Source: Eledone cirrhosa
Taxonomy: Eukaryota
Assembly (NCBI GenBank): GCA_964016885.1
Contig: OZ024747.1
Coordinates: forward strand, 39,308,001 to 39,372,000
Length of the DNA stretch: 64,000 nucleotides
Direction: 5' to 3'
Shown: one piece after another, positions 42,780 through 60,488 of the stretch
How positions within the stretch are numbered: the first letter of the stretch is position 1
Layout: every line of letters starts with the position of its first letter
Position numbers and translations under genes: made by a program
The notes under the pieces: generated by a model
Told to the model about the DNA's origin: nothing
Seen by the model: the letters and a program-made list of their open reading frames with translations, nothing else
Databases searched by the model: none

Positions 42780-44245
42780 CTACTATATATATTGTTCAAT
42801 CATATACAATACTTAATTATTACACTTCATCAGAAAGCCTATAGTAGTCAAATTCAGCTTTTCACTGCGCGTTTAAAGTCACTAATGATATTTTTGTTTA
42901 AGAAAATCTAAATAAGTGAACTGTAGCATGAAATACAGTTAGTTAATTTGATAGTACAGAGGAGAGCAAGTGGGGGTATAGAGGTTGACAATATTAATCG
43001 GTGTGCTGTGATTGGAACAATTATTTTGTGACCATTATTTTAGGTGAAGGTTTTCATGTTTACCATATATGGGGGTAGAGAATGTACAAGAACAGAGACA
43101 GAGAAGGATAAGGCAGAGATTAAGAGTGTGAGTAAGGAGGAAAGGAATTACTTCCACCCAACATAGTTCACAGGGGCATCTTTCATTCCGGTATGGACGG
43201 GCGAATTTTAGCACGGACCATTGTAGTGTGTATTCAATATTAGCGTGTTTCAGATCCGAGATTGTTTTCACCAGGGCCGAAGATCTAGCTAAACTGGGGT
43301 TTTAAAATGTGTAGGAGTGCACATACCATCTTTTCTTGAAAATACCCGAAGTGGAACCCACATATTTATATATCCCCAGTTTACATGTTATCACGCATTG
43401 ATAAATGATATTTTTGTATAAGCATTTACACGATAGAGGACAATTGCTGGGATATCTGCAGTTGCAGTTTGTCCGTGTATAGTGTGTGGTTTCCTCCCTG
43501 GTTACAGTGTTGGGGGGTGTTATGCCGAGTATTTTGTTGTTGATCCGGATATGCCCGTAAAGTGGTAGAGACGTTGGTATTTGCGGGTGCCGGTCTGCTT
43601 AGTATTCGAGGCTGCAGATGGTGTGCTGTGGGTTCAGATTAAATTTGACTGTTGGTATTGTAATACCTGCGGGGAGTATTGTTATTCAATTTCGCGATGA
43701 AATTGCCGAAGTTAGCTATGGTGGAATAGGATAGTTGAATCCTCTCCCTATTTAGTATTTTAAGTAATTTATGTGTTGGAGGAAAGTGTTCGTCTATAAG
43801 TTTGAAGAAGAGATAGGATAGCTTAATAGTGAGCAGGGGATTATACCATAGGTAGGATTTTGTGCGGGACCTCCTTGGTGTTTTCTTATTTCCAGTATTA
43901 TTATTTATCTCGCCATTATTATTTGCAGTATTATTATTTTTTGTGATATGCTTGTGATGTGTTCTTATTTGAGGATGGTTTGATTTTCCCCGGCATGGTG
44001 TATCCGAAAGAAATGTAAGTGGTTCATCATAACCGGCCCTAAGTAGAGCAGTGTTGTAGTAGTCGGCGTGTGTGTTGAAAGAGAATCCCGAGGAAGACAA
44101 TCTGGAGATCCTAAGGGATACATGTTTAACAATGGAGCTAGTGATAATCCTAGGATGGTTAGACCAACGATTAACATAGTTTAAGTTATCATTAGATTTA
44201 TGGAAGGGCTCATATATGACTGAGTTAAGGTTGAGAGTCATATCT
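42780..44245 (-). pseudogene. 5'-truncated PLE (Hydra-type organisation) RT C-terminus + endonuclease, frameshifted
   Basis: [34 protein letters not shown]...RISRLSS...YNTALLRAGY...LWYNP...LIDEHFPPTHKLLKILNRERIQLSYS; then CNCRYPSNCPLSCKCLYKNIIYQC...YKYVGSTSGIFKKRWYVH; then LQWSVL...CELCWVE. A CTGATGA remnant lies on the - strand at 42827-42833, and the 5' end abuts (TA)n. Confidence 0.85.
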
Positions 44246-44285
44246 AATATATATATATATATATGTGTGTGTGTATGTGTGTGTG

Positions 44286-44337
<52 letters not shown>

Positions 44338-44350
44338 ACCACACACACAT

Positions 44351-44381
<31 letters not shown>

Positions 44382-45299
44382 GTGGCATGTGTGTGTGTGT
44401 GCATGTGCGTTTGTACATATATTTTCATACATGCATACATGCATTCATATACGCATACATACATACATATAAACATACATATATGTATCTCTATACGTGC
44501 ATGTTTCTGTCTATAATGTGTATTCATGTATGGATGTAAGTATATAGGTACGTGTACACCTTAATTACATCTGTGAATAATACATGAAAATATATCCACG
44601 AATTAAGTATTAGGTATATATACAGGTTATATATCATATTTTATTACATTTACAACATCGAACACATATTCTATCTATTATAATGTTTCATTTTCAATTT
44701 GATATTTTCTTCTTCACTCACTTTAAATTATATATAGGCATCAACGTAAAATATTATCATTTGGACATACTCCACTTCTATACCATCTATTGTATTTGTT
44801 AAAATTATTATTACTAAAATATTGTTGTTATTGCTGTTGTGTTATCATCATTATTATTATTTAATATTAGTGGCTATGTATGTGGATACATCTGATTATA
44901 TACGTATGTGTGTGAAAGTGTTGCCTTGGTTTGTGTGAGTATATATTATATTTCGATTAAGTATTTTCTAGTGTAATTTCCAATAGATTTGTTCTGCACA
45001 CATTATTATTATCAATGTTTCCGTTTCGAAAGTAATACAATTTTAGTAATATATCTCATGCTATTATCATTTATATTTTCATGACTTATGTGTGCTACAT
45101 TCATTTCTAATCTTTTGCATTTTGTCTGTTGTTTTTATTATTTTAATCATAATATCAGTTAATCACCATACACGCAGACACACACACACAAACAGAAATA
45201 ACACCACACACTAACAGTAAATAGCACATATATAAATTAACATTATCATTATGATTGTCAGACAGCAGTTGCATCATCCCCAACATCACAACAACCAAT

Positions 45300-45430
45300 A
45301 CCACCTCCACCACCATCACCACCACCACCACCACCATCACCACCACCACCACCACCACCCTACTACCATCATCATCATCTTTATAATTATTATTATTATT
45401 ATTATTAATATTATTATTATTATTAGTAGT
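45300..45430. repeat. (CAC)n/(CAT)n/(TAT)n microsatellite
   Basis: Direct reading. Confidence 0.85.
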
Positions 45431-47217
45431 ATTGCATTTACAGACTATCATTTTGTCATATCTGTGTGTTTTCAGCAAGTGGCTGTCAGAAGAATTGCCG
45501 TTTTTATGTACACTTTCTGCAAAACTGAATATTTGGTCATATTATATTTAATACAAGCCAATGATTCTTCACTTTGGGGATTATTTCGAGTTTTGCATAT
45601 TTCAACGGCAGATTACACACTCGTTGCACAGACGCTTCGAATGATATTCTAATACATGACATAATAAAATTGTGGCATAAAATATGTAATAGAGCACCAA
45701 AAATGGGAAATGTTCTCACATTTAATTACAATATATACACACAGGCTCAGCCACACAGACATATACACACACAAATACACACATACACATGCAGTAGCAT
45801 ATATATATATATTCATATATATACATATATATATACATATATATATACATATATATATATATAAACTTATAGTCACCAGAACACGGATAACTACTTTTAT
45901 AGCTGATAAGTATAATTAATAGTAGAATGAATCAGATTATGTTCCTCTGTCGGCATACGTGAGAAGTGCATTTATTTTCACTGCCGCCGTGTCGGTGGAA
46001 CTTTATCAGATTTATTGAACTATTAGTTATAGTCTTCCATCATTGTTTCAGTTATCCGCATTGTAGTGGTTATGTATTTCAATTTCAAATTACCCAATTC
46101 TTCAAATGTCAATCAAAACTTAGATTTCGTTATTATATATCTGTAGGCATATATTCGTATACGTAAGTAACAGTGCATGTCTATTTTATATTTTATTTGC
46201 AGATAGAGCATTTACTCTTTCCTATTCTTGACTCTGTTTCTCACAGTCTTATCCATTTAATTCAATTCATTTTATAAATACTCTTCTTTTTTTTCTAACG
46301 TAACACTATAATTTACAATTAAAACACAGTTAGCATTAATCGCAAAAATCACATAATTATATATATTCTTATTCTTTAAAACATCTTGCTCTCCTTTCTC
46401 TCTAGTCAGATATAATGTTTTATTGATTTGCTTGTAGTTACCAGATTTAAGATTAAAATCAAATATATAAAAAGTATGTTTTCGCCATATGAAGCCGCCT
46501 CTCCTTGGGATACATGGTAATGTCCGAATGTGATGGAATCTTTTTCAGAACTGTGACGCCCAGACAGTGAGAGATGGGGACCGCGTAGTCCACCACTGAT
46601 GACTGCCCATCAACATCACCTGTCCAATGATGAAGACCTCTGCAACAAGACGTATAGATTACAAGGACGACACCTGTGGTATCATCACTAAAGATTAGAA
46701 TCGAAGATGTTAATACCTGAGCTCCAACAAAAACTACAACAAACACAGAAAACCAGATAATTTATATACAAATGATGAATCAATCAATCGAAGCACTCCT
46801 GAAGTGTGCAGGTGGATTGATATGTATTGTCACTTGCTGTATCACCTTTGTTTGCATGGCACTGACCAGCCCAAATCATCTGTAACTAATACCAGTGAAA
46901 TATCTGTTGGTTAATATTTGGTGTTCATATATATTTTTTTTGTTAAATAGCAGTCTGTTTTATCACATCGATTTGGCAGATGTCGTTAGTTAATAATAAT
47001 TAATATTACACACACAAACTCACCCCAACCACAACAGTAACAAACACGCATATATATATATGCATATATATATATTTATATATATTTATATATATACATA
47101 TATAAATTAATATATGATATATATATAATATATATATAATATACATATATAATATATATATATATGTATATATATATTTATATATATATATATAATATAT
47201 GTATATATACATATATA

Positions 47218-47258
<41 letters not shown>

Positions 47259-47288
47259 TATATACATATATTATATATATATATATAC

Positions 47289-47367
<79 letters not shown>

Positions 47368-47465
47368 TATATACATATATATATACATATTTATATACGT
47401 ACATTTATATATGTGCATATAAATATATCTGGTGTGTATAAATATGATATGTATATATATATATT

Positions 47466-47502
<37 letters not shown>

Positions 47503-47538
47503 ACACACAAACACACACATATATATATATATATATTT

Positions 47539-47582
<44 letters not shown>

Positions 47583-48048
47583 CATTTAAATGTATCAGCT
47601 CCGCACTTAAATATTGATGCTTGCATGTGCATTTTAGTACATATGTTTGTATTCAGTGGTAATTTAGTGGCCAACAGTATCTGCAGAACACTGCCCTAAA
47701 CCCAGGTATATTACTGGAACTATCGTCATCTTCAATGTCCCCTAGACTCGCCCGATGATTACTGTTTAAATCTCCTCAATTGTAATAATTTCTTTTAAGA
47801 TACTAAATATAATACTGGGTCTTTCTGAAAAGTATTAAAGAAATGAAGTATGATGTATCGGAGCATTAGGCATCTGGGATCCATATCCACGCATTCTGGA
47901 ACATGAAAGTCCGATCACCAAATGAAATGAACTCTACAGTTTCGAGTTATCTGTTCACTAACACCATATATAAAGCATATAAGAATATTCAATATTCAAT
48001 ATACATATATATATACATGAATATATATATATATATGTGTGTGTGTAT

Positions 48049-48145
<97 letters not shown>

Positions 48146-48454
48146 TAGTTTTATCTACATATATCTATCTACCTATCCATCTCTCTATATATGTATATAT
48201 ATATATATACTTATTAATAATAAAGAATGGCACAACAATCCCTCGGCAGAAAACATACTTCTTGGAAAATATTTCTGGCAACCACAAGCAAAACAATAAT
48301 TATTGCTTTAGACAGATAGTATTACAATATTTGTTTGATACAACATATGTAGCGTTTATCTTTCCGTTTAATCTGTTAGAGAAAATCAGATTGCCGAAAG
48401 GGAGGCATTACAAATATGTGTGTGTTTGTGCAGGTCTATGGTTGCATGTGGATA

Positions 48455-48517
<63 letters not shown>

Positions 48518-48537
48518 TATATACATATATATATATA

Positions 48538-48569
<32 letters not shown>

Positions 48570-49162
48570 GGTGTGTGTGTGTGTGTGTGTATATATACAC
48601 ATATATATACATATACATATGCATATATATAGATACATTCATACGTACATACATACAAACATCTTTCAGTCTGCTTGCAATCTCATATTCAAAACTGAAA
48701 CAATTTCTATTATTCCGACATATCGTTACACAGAAAAATGAAGAAGATTGCTCAATATATTGATTCCTCTAGCTTATGCTTCCTACAAAAGTTATTTCTA
48801 ACAATTTAAAAACATGCAAACAACTACATACATATCCTCGGCATTGGAATAATTAAAGACTTTAACAATTCATGCCTTTTTCATATATCTCGAATCTTTT
48901 CATAGAATCTCTTACATTAATATGAAACCAATCAGAAATTTCATTATATCCATTTTCAAAATATCTTATATCACTAATCAAGTATAAACAATAAACACTA
49001 CTGGCGAGATTACATTAATAGGGCTTTTCTAATGGTGTAAACCCATACATACATCAAATAGTATTTTCTTTCAATCTACACATATATATTATATATATAT
49101 ATGCACAGTCCCATGTACATATCTATATATACACACACACATACAAACACACAAACACACAC

Positions 49163-49302
<140 letters not shown>

Positions 49303-49695
49303 ATATGAGTGATATGTTAATATTACGGAGATGGTCGTGACAGAATGAGAAAAAGTTATAATTGCTCAAATTGCTGATATTGCGAAACATATCATCCTAG
49401 TATGGAAAGACATATTCACACAATTGGAGGTTATATTAAGAACAAATTTTACAATCCACAAAGTGTATCAAAAGGCACTTAATTACTACTTAATATGTAT
49501 TTGAATGATTCGAGGCGAATCTCTGCACACGATTGCTGAAGGCTTTTTGTATAACTATAAGTGCGAAATTGTCTTTGTTTGTAAATAGAGTTTCTTTTGA
49601 TGTACTTATAAATACTTGGATAGATATTTTGTGCACAATCGATTAATAAGTGTTATACAAATTTATATGTACGTGTATGTGTGATTATTTATTTA

Positions 49696-50282
<587 letters not shown>

Positions 50283-50342
50283 CATACATATACATATATA
50301 TATATATATATACATATATACATACACACACACATATATATA

Positions 50343-50380
<38 letters not shown>

Positions 50381-51455
50381 ATACACATGAATAATCAATA
50401 CAAATTGCACTATAATTTTAGCACATATGTCCTTAAATCTATTGTATTGTCATCACAACAACAATAACAAGAACATTATTTAAGCAATGGTGCCTTTTTT
50501 ATTTATTATCAGCAAGGAAAATGTTTATTTTTCATCTATTCAATTGTCATAACTTTTGTGATATATAATCTTTGGAAATTATATACCATAACCTGCCCCG
50601 ATCCATCTTTACAGACATGTTAAGCATCATTTAACTAGTTTCAGAAAGTATTTTGTAATACGCAGAGAGACCGATAATTGTTTAGATAGTTACATATTTT
50701 TATGCAGAATATGTAAATACGAATCATTATATCTTGAATGAAGTTATATACTTAGCTTAATTTCGTTATCAAAGTAAAGCACGTTTATCCTAATTCAAAT
50801 AATTTGTTCGATTTATTTGCTTCTTGCTTCAATCTCTTTCGTGTGATTATTTGCCGTTATAGCTATTTTCAATGATCTATTTATCTTATTATTGACACCA
50901 TTTTGAATATTAGAAATGAAATTATTGTTGTTGCTGTTGATAATATTTTTTGTGTTGTTACATGTTATGCAATTATAAGACATGGAGCGGTAGTCCCTTG
51001 CGAAACACTCAAAACTATTTATCGGACATGGGATAGGAAACAAACCGTGAAACAAATCTATAAATGCTGATAAACATGACCCAATGAATAATTTAACCAG
51101 ACAATTTCTGAAAATTATATAGAAGAAAACAGAAATATTTCCTGAGCAAGCAGCATTAGAGTTTCGTATTACTGTTCATATTTTGTTCCTTTCCATTGCA
51201 TGAATCAGGGCAGATATATGATGATGAATTTAAGTTGATGAATTAAAACCAGAAACAAGAATTAAGCTTGATTATTGTTTTAGAAAACTACTTTCCATTT
51301 ACAGAATAAAAAGAAAGATGTCTGCATTAACGACTTATTTCCCAAATATATTGAAATTGAAATAAAAAATATAAATAATATATATGTAAAAGTTAATCTC
51401 CTGGAACTTGCAAATTAGTACGATTTAGTACTACTGTATATATATATATATATAT

Positions 51456-51498
<43 letters not shown>

Positions 51499-51571
51499 AA
51501 ACAAACACACCGACACACACTTATATACATGTATATATATATATATACAATATATTAAATATAACTTCTGC

Positions 51572-51624
<53 letters not shown>

Positions 51625-52074
51625 CATATGCGTGTGTGTGTGTGTGTGTGTGTCTGTGCGTGGGTGGGTGGGTGTGTTTGTGTGCGTGCATGTGTGTGGG
51701 GGGTAGGGGTGTCTGTATGCATATCATATTAATACATATTCTGCTGCGGGAATAAGTTATCCATTTCTTCTTTATTTATTTGGTCATCTGAAATCAATTG
51801 CACAGAAAAGTAAACAATATTTAATTTAACAAACACATAATTATATATATATATAGGAAATTATTGTGCGTTCAATGCTGGCTTACGAAATATATGAGGT
51901 TATTTAGTGCTGGTCTATTGAAAACCTCTGCAAATAAAAGGTCAGTTTTCTAATCAATAATTATACAGAAGATTAATTTTAACTGGTTAATTATATTTAA
52001 GATAAAGTTATGAAATGTATATGTGCGTATATATATATATATATATACACACACGTATATATATATATTCATAA

Positions 52075-52105
<31 letters not shown>

Positions 52106-52111
52106 ATATAT

Positions 52112-52266
<155 letters not shown>

Positions 52267-52603
52267 TTATATTATGAGGTTAATCATTCATATGTTCATT
52301 TCTTGCATTTGTATCATGAGGCCAATATTATGGGCGGATATGTGACATGTTGTACGATACTTGGGTATGGTGGTAGTTGGTTATCTATTGTGGTTTGAAG
52401 TGTATACGAAAAGGAAAAATAACAGACAATTTGCATACAGACCTTTTTGAAAATAATTTAGTTTCCTTAATATCTATTCAGATAATTGCGTGGAACAGAC
52501 GTATAGCTTTCGGGAAAAGTATACACATCAGCTTATAAGACACTTAATCACATTCACAACACCCACGCATACAGCCGCACGAATATTGAAATGTATATGT
52601 GTG

Positions 52604-52677
<74 letters not shown>

Positions 52678-53042
52678 TATTGTGAATATTCTTATTCTTC
52701 TTTTTATTATTATTATTGTTATTATTATTATAATTTTTGTTCTTACTATTATTTTGATTAGGCATATAATAAACATATATGTGAATACAAACATGCAATA
52801 TTACCATTTTAATGCCAAAAAAATATATTTGTTAAATAACATTCTTATAAATTATTGATTGTCTTAAATAATATGTAAGTTTCAAGTTGAAGATATGTTT
52901 TTAATCCGGCACCTACATTGTATATTTACACACCTACTGTAACATAAATATCGGAGTATGTATCACAAGTTAACAGACGAAAACACCTAAAAAATTGATA
53001 TACATTCTTACTTGTATATAAATATATAAAAAAATACAGATT

Positions 53043-53092
<50 letters not shown>

Positions 53093-53794
53093 TGTGTGTT
53101 GGGTAGGGGTGCGTGTGAGTCATTGTGTGTGTATATTACGATGTTTCTCCAGCTAAAGCTATAATAATGTGCAATCCACTGCGCTCGTATACCTCTGTGT
53201 ATAAATATGTATATATATATATATATAAACAGAAACAGACAAAAAGAGGGATAGACAAGGAAAAAGGAATAGAGGGAGCGAAAAATACGCAAATATAAAT
53301 AGCAATATGATACATAAGGTTAATGGGGATGTACTGACGTATACATACACATACAACCACATATGAATAAATAGTAACTCACACATACAGAAACGTAAGT
53401 AAGCACTCTAACACGCAACACGAACGCTCATACACATGCACGTACATTATATATACATATATATATATATATATATACATATATATTCATATATATATGT
53501 GTGTGTGTGTGTATGTATGTATCCATGCACATAAAATTGTTGTTTGTGGAAAATAATCTATGATTTAAACGATCGCACTTTATTGCATATAAAAATTAAC
53601 TTTGCAAAATTTATTTCTAAATATTTTCATTTTTTACACATGATCACAAAACACCCATTTCAGACGCATGAAATGTATACATGTATCTACCCACACACAC
53701 GCTACATGCAAGCACATGTATATATACATAAGTGTATTCATATATTTAAATATATATATATTTATTTGTATCTATACATTTGTATATATACACT

Positions 53795-53840
<46 letters not shown>

Positions 53841-53855
53841 AATATATTTATATAT

Positions 53856-53887
<32 letters not shown>

Positions 53888-54245
53888 GTGTGTGTATGTG
53901 TGTGCGTTTGCGTGTGTGTGTGAGTGTGTGTGTATTCTGGATAGAATGTCTGACGGAGTGCAAGCCAAACCATGAATATTTATAATTACCTACATGGAGC
54001 AGATTCTCGCACGGAGCCCACTTCAATGGTTTTGCCACTGGATCATTAAAGTTTGACTTACAGGAACATCTTATAAAGCGTTTACATGATGTAATACCAT
54101 CTGTAATAAATGGATCTCATAGAATTCACATCCATTAAAGCAGCTTCAATTTCTGGTCACGCTGTTTCTCAACGACAAGACTCATTTTTCTTTCATCTGT
54201 CCAACACACAGCATTAGTTTCACATAAATGCACACACTGGCAAAT

Positions 54246-54292
<47 letters not shown>

Positions 54293-54297
54293 GATAG

Positions 54298-54408
<111 letters not shown>

Positions 54409-54493
54409 AATTTATATATATAAATATATATATATACATATATATATTTAAATATATATATATAAATATATATATATATAAATAAATAAATAT

Positions 54494-54556
<63 letters not shown>

Positions 54557-54557
54557 T

Positions 54558-54606
<49 letters not shown>

Positions 54607-54753
54607 GAAATTACAATAATACTATATATACATATATATGTTAAATGATATATATATATATATGTATCTGTGTGTATGTGTATCCACACATGTACATGAA
54701 TAAATGTACATGTATATTTATATATGTTTAAGTGTATATATATAATTATATAT

Positions 54754-54800
<47 letters not shown>

Positions 54801-55283
54801 TATATATATCCATTGACATATACATTAACAGCATATTAAATGACTGAAATTGTGTAAATGTGTTCTTGAGTGACAAAAATAAACGCTTTTTATATCGTGT
54901 AAAGAGGTACAGCAATTATTTTTACTCGGTAAAGCATAATTATTCTATCGTGTTTAATTTAATTATGTTTGTTTTGTTTTTTTTTTGTTTTTTTGTTTTC
55001 TATCACAAATCCAAATAATATGAATGTTTTCACTTCACCTTTATTTCTTTATATAATTATTTGTTAAGTGCTCAGTAATTTATTTGTTTCATATTTTAAT
55101 ATCAGTAAATTAAATAAAATAAATCTCATCTTTCAAAATTTGGTGAATACATTTTATGTTGTTTTCTCTAAAGTCGGAAGTCACCTGCAACGTTTAGCAC
55201 CGTTGATCATTCGGTAATAACCGTAGAACATATAGGTAACTGCATTAACATTTACTGAACAATACATGTGTATACATGTGCTT

Positions 55284-55481
<198 letters not shown>

Positions 55482-55524
55482 TTACACATCCATACTCACT
55501 CACATATATATACATATGTATGTA

Positions 55525-55564
<40 letters not shown>

Positions 55565-55739
55565 TACATATATATATACCTATATATACATATATATATA
55601 TGATTATATATATATATATATATATACATATATATACATATATATATACATGTATACATGTATAACATATATATACACATATGTACATGTATACGTATAT
55701 ATGTACACGTTTTTCGCGTGGACACTTGACACACACATG

Positions 55740-55794
<55 letters not shown>

Positions 55795-55950
55795 ATATAC
55801 ATACATGCCCATACTTGTTTCATCTAGTTTGCTATAGGGGTAACTGAAGTGCCTAGAGTGCTCGACTAAATCACTTGACCTACACAATGACATTAGTGCA
55901 TAGTTTTATTTCTGTGGTGTCCGTATCTAATCTGAAATATTAGTGAGGTG

Positions 55951-56173
<223 letters not shown>

Positions 56174-56275
56174 TATATATATATATATATATATTATAAA
56201 TCTATATGTATAACTATATATATATAACTATATATATATATATACATAACTATATATATATATATATGTGTGTGT

Positions 56276-56408
<133 letters not shown>

Positions 56409-57133
56409 GTGTGTGTATACCTGGTATGTCAATGCAGAATGTATGTTTATTCCAATTTACTATTGTTTAGATATATTTATTATTACATGCATAACTATGC
56501 TCTCAATTCCCTATCTCTAACTTAAACATGGCCTCTTACGTCAACATACTGAAGCAGCTTCATCGAAGCTTTCAAAGAAGATGGCTCAGTTGACATAATT
56601 TTTCACCAACAGTTCAATTAATAACTTTACATGCATAAACTTTGAACTAACCTTCTTAAACAACTACTAGAGTTTTCATTCATATTAATATGTAGGAATT
56701 ATAAATAAAATCCGACGAAATTAATAACATAACAATAATTCCAGAATTTCAATTATTTAGGATGTGATATCATCTTCGTTGATTTGTTAGGTTTAAAATA
56801 ATTATGTCGTGGAAGTTTCGTTGTATATATTCTAAAGATAGTTAGAGTGCCATATTGAATTCATAAATTATTAATAGGTTATTTTGCCTCATATATACGA
56901 TGATGTAATCAATAAGCATTGGATATTTACCACTTCTTGTGGCAACATTCTTTGACAAACAGATAGGAGCTAACTTCAAACTATACTCTTTTACTCTTAG
57001 TAATACGATGTATATACATACACCCACACCTACATACAAACACAAACACATACAAACACACATATAAACACACACACAAACACGCATATGTATATATATA
57101 TATATATATACATGCATTTGAAATCTGAATTTG

Positions 57134-57146
57134 TAATAATAATAAC

Positions 57147-57210
<64 letters not shown>

Positions 57211-57225
57211 TTGATGATGATGATG

Positions 57226-57272
<47 letters not shown>
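57134..57272. repeat. (TAA)n microsatellite
   Basis: Direct reading. Confidence 0.9.
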
Positions 57273-57421
57273 CTATTATTCTTTGAAATACTGCTTTTTA
57301 ATATACTTCATTTACGTCGTGAACCCAGTCTCAGCTACCTTCTAAATCCGATTTATGAATATATTCTTGCTGTTATTGTTGTTTTGCTAATTTGGATATT
57401 ATGACCACTTGTTTTTGGCAG

Positions 57422-57640
57422 AAGGGCGGTAGAGTGGTGAAAATTATATTGCACTGTACTAAATACATAAGCGTATTTCGTACCGAATCTCTGCAATTTG
57501 ACTTAAAAACCTATTGAGGTTCAGTTCTCTTTCTACCCTCGGGGTCAATAAAATAGTACAGAAAAAAATGCTGATCTCATCGATTCAAATAACTATACCG
57601 CTAAAATGCAATTTGTTGCATGGTGCCAATATGAGAAATC
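57422..57640 (+). mobile_element. Highly decayed SINE family 1 copy
   Basis: Residual TTGAGGTTCAGTTCTCTTTCTACCCTCGGGGTCAATAAAATAGTAC...GTGCCAATATGAGAAATCATT. Confidence 0.45.
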
Positions 57641-58963
57641 ATTGCTACTGTTCTTGTTATTTAAACGCCGGTGTTTACTTGTCCTCCATCAACCAGATAA
57701 GTACGAATAAACCAATATGGTCGAATCTGAAATATTTCCTGAGATATTGGCTTTGAGTTTAATTGAAATTATTTATAACAAATTTAGTATTAGAATATTC
57801 ATAACTATGATTGAGATCTTCATCGTTGGTGGTGGATAAAATTCGTCGTCGACATCAACATTAATTTCAACATCGCCATCATCATCATCTTCATCAACAC
57901 TACCATCCGCATCAACTTCTACATCACAACATCCTCAACATCAACATTTTCAGCATTGTCATTATTACTATGGCTTTCGAATTACTGTAAAGAAATGGTA
58001 ACTTTTCGATGAATCCAAATTGTTAATCTCAGTCTTATTCTTCAGGGAAACTGTTTTCATTAACGACTTTAGTGCATTTGGAGAAAGAAATAAACAACCC
58101 AATTCTATTCTCTTTATACTAATGTAACATTACAATATCCATATCCTCAAGTGTATGAGTGACTATATTGGCTCCATTTCATTACATTTATGCTACTAAT
58201 TACCGTAGTAAGACATAAACATCTCAACGTCTCCTTTCTCTTCCATCACGATAAATCTAAGACCTGTGCCTAGTCATGATTTTATCAACATTATCATGTT
58301 TTCGAGCCCCTCGTTTTCATTCAGGTTTTGAACTATTTGTCACCCCTCAAGTTACAAACTAATAATATATTTTCCCATACCAAAAGAAAAAACATTACAT
58401 AATCGTAGATACATACACAATTATATGAATTAACAAATTATGGTCCATAAAGAATGAAAATGGACAAATTTGAATCGTTTATTTAATTATCTAATATTTT
58501 GAATTAATGCGCAATCCAAGTTTAGGAAATAGTTTAGTAACGCTAAATAAACTTCATTTCAAATAATCATTGATTAATTAAATTCAACTTAACTATTTCA
58601 CATTTTCATAAACTATATGTTGATATATGTTTGTCCATGCATGTACGCTATATTCTATATATCTAAACGCATATGCGTTTGTATGTATGCGTCAGTTTGA
58701 ATGATGCGATGAAAGTGTATATCGTTTCACTGATATATGTATACATATAACACAGATTTCCAAACATACACATGTATATATGTATATGTCTATTATATAT
58801 ATATATATATATTATCTATATGTATATGTGTGTGTGTGCGTGTGTGTGTAAGTATATATATATATGTATATATTTATATACATATATATGCATAATCATG
58901 TGTATATGTATGTATATATATATATGTATAATTGTGTGCTCTATATGTGTCTAAATGTAACTA

Positions 58964-59027
<64 letters not shown>

Positions 59028-60488
59028 TATATATATATATGTGTGTATGTGTCTTTGTACGTGTGTGTGTATGTATGTGTGTGTGTTTATTCAAATGGAA
59101 ATATAAACGAGTGTGTTTGTGTTTTTGAATGTTATTTATAATCATATGTTTTTACGTATAAAAGCTCAAGATGAGAGACTAACTGTTATTTCTACGAACT
59201 TCGGTGATTCATGATGTTATTATTTCAAATCTCTTCAGTGAATGTTCGTTCCCTAACATATAAACTACCAATCTACTTTATTACGAATGTTTTATATCTC
59301 TTTTTTCTTTTTTCTACTTATTTCCTCAAATGTGGAGATGTGAATAACAACGTGTTTGACATTGACGATAAATATATAAAACATGTCAACGAATTTTCAT
59401 TATTTGAAACAAAAAATGATACATTCTCCTGCAATTGTTTTTGGAGAGATATATAAAATATATGAATTTACCAAACATTGAAATAAAATATTTAGAGTAA
59501 GCTTTGAAAGTTAGATCAGGGGTGCAAATATATTTTAAAATATTCTGGTTTGCATAATGATGTTAAATCACAACAAGTGTAGTCACCAATCCAAAAAAAT
59601 TATATAACATTGAATTGAAAAAAAGAATAAAAAGTAAATAAAAAATACATTGTTTATTGTTGTGGTCTTCTTTTTAAAATTGTTCGCGTTTTTTACTTTA
59701 TTCTTTAACTAAGAGAATTGGTAACGTGTTGGGAATAAAGCTTCCCTCTCGTTACATCTTGACTGCAAATACCACTGCCATTGACGTGTCCTTGCAACAT
59801 CCCGATGTCGATGAAATAAAGGTATAGTTAAGAAATGGGATCAATGTCCCCGATTATCCCTCCCTCAAAATTATTTGATTATATTTGTTTTCTCCTTATT
59901 CATATGGTATCGATGGTCGATGTGTTTGCGGTTAGAAGTCGTGTATATACATATCTCCGAGAAAGTTTCAATTATCCCGTTTTACATGGTAAAAAATTAT
60001 TGATTTAATTCCTAACAAAGACCGTAAGGAAAGAGGTAAGTATTCCAATACAAAGACAACTGGTGCTTGGTTACGAACAGTGATATACATGTCAGTCAAT
60101 AATATATTTGAATAAATTTAGAACAACATAATATTCGTATTAATCTAATTCACATATACAAAAAGAATCCTATAGTAGATTTCACAAAATCCGAGTTTTG
60201 TATAATCTTCAACGAGCTAATATATTCATATTGACACGATGTTTTGCTTCGAATCGGTGATATTTCTTCCGTACGGCAACATCATATAAGTGAATAATAC
60301 AACCGTTGCAGTAGCCTGTTTTCTCGCCATAAATTGGTTTTAATTTGTGAAGAAATAGTAACTTACTTCCACAATTCCACAAGGAAAAAGGGCCAAATGC
60401 CATATAAACAATTAATGTCTTATTTTACTAAAAGTTATAAACGTATGTCTTAAGTTAAAGGAAATCACACATATATTAAATCATTATT

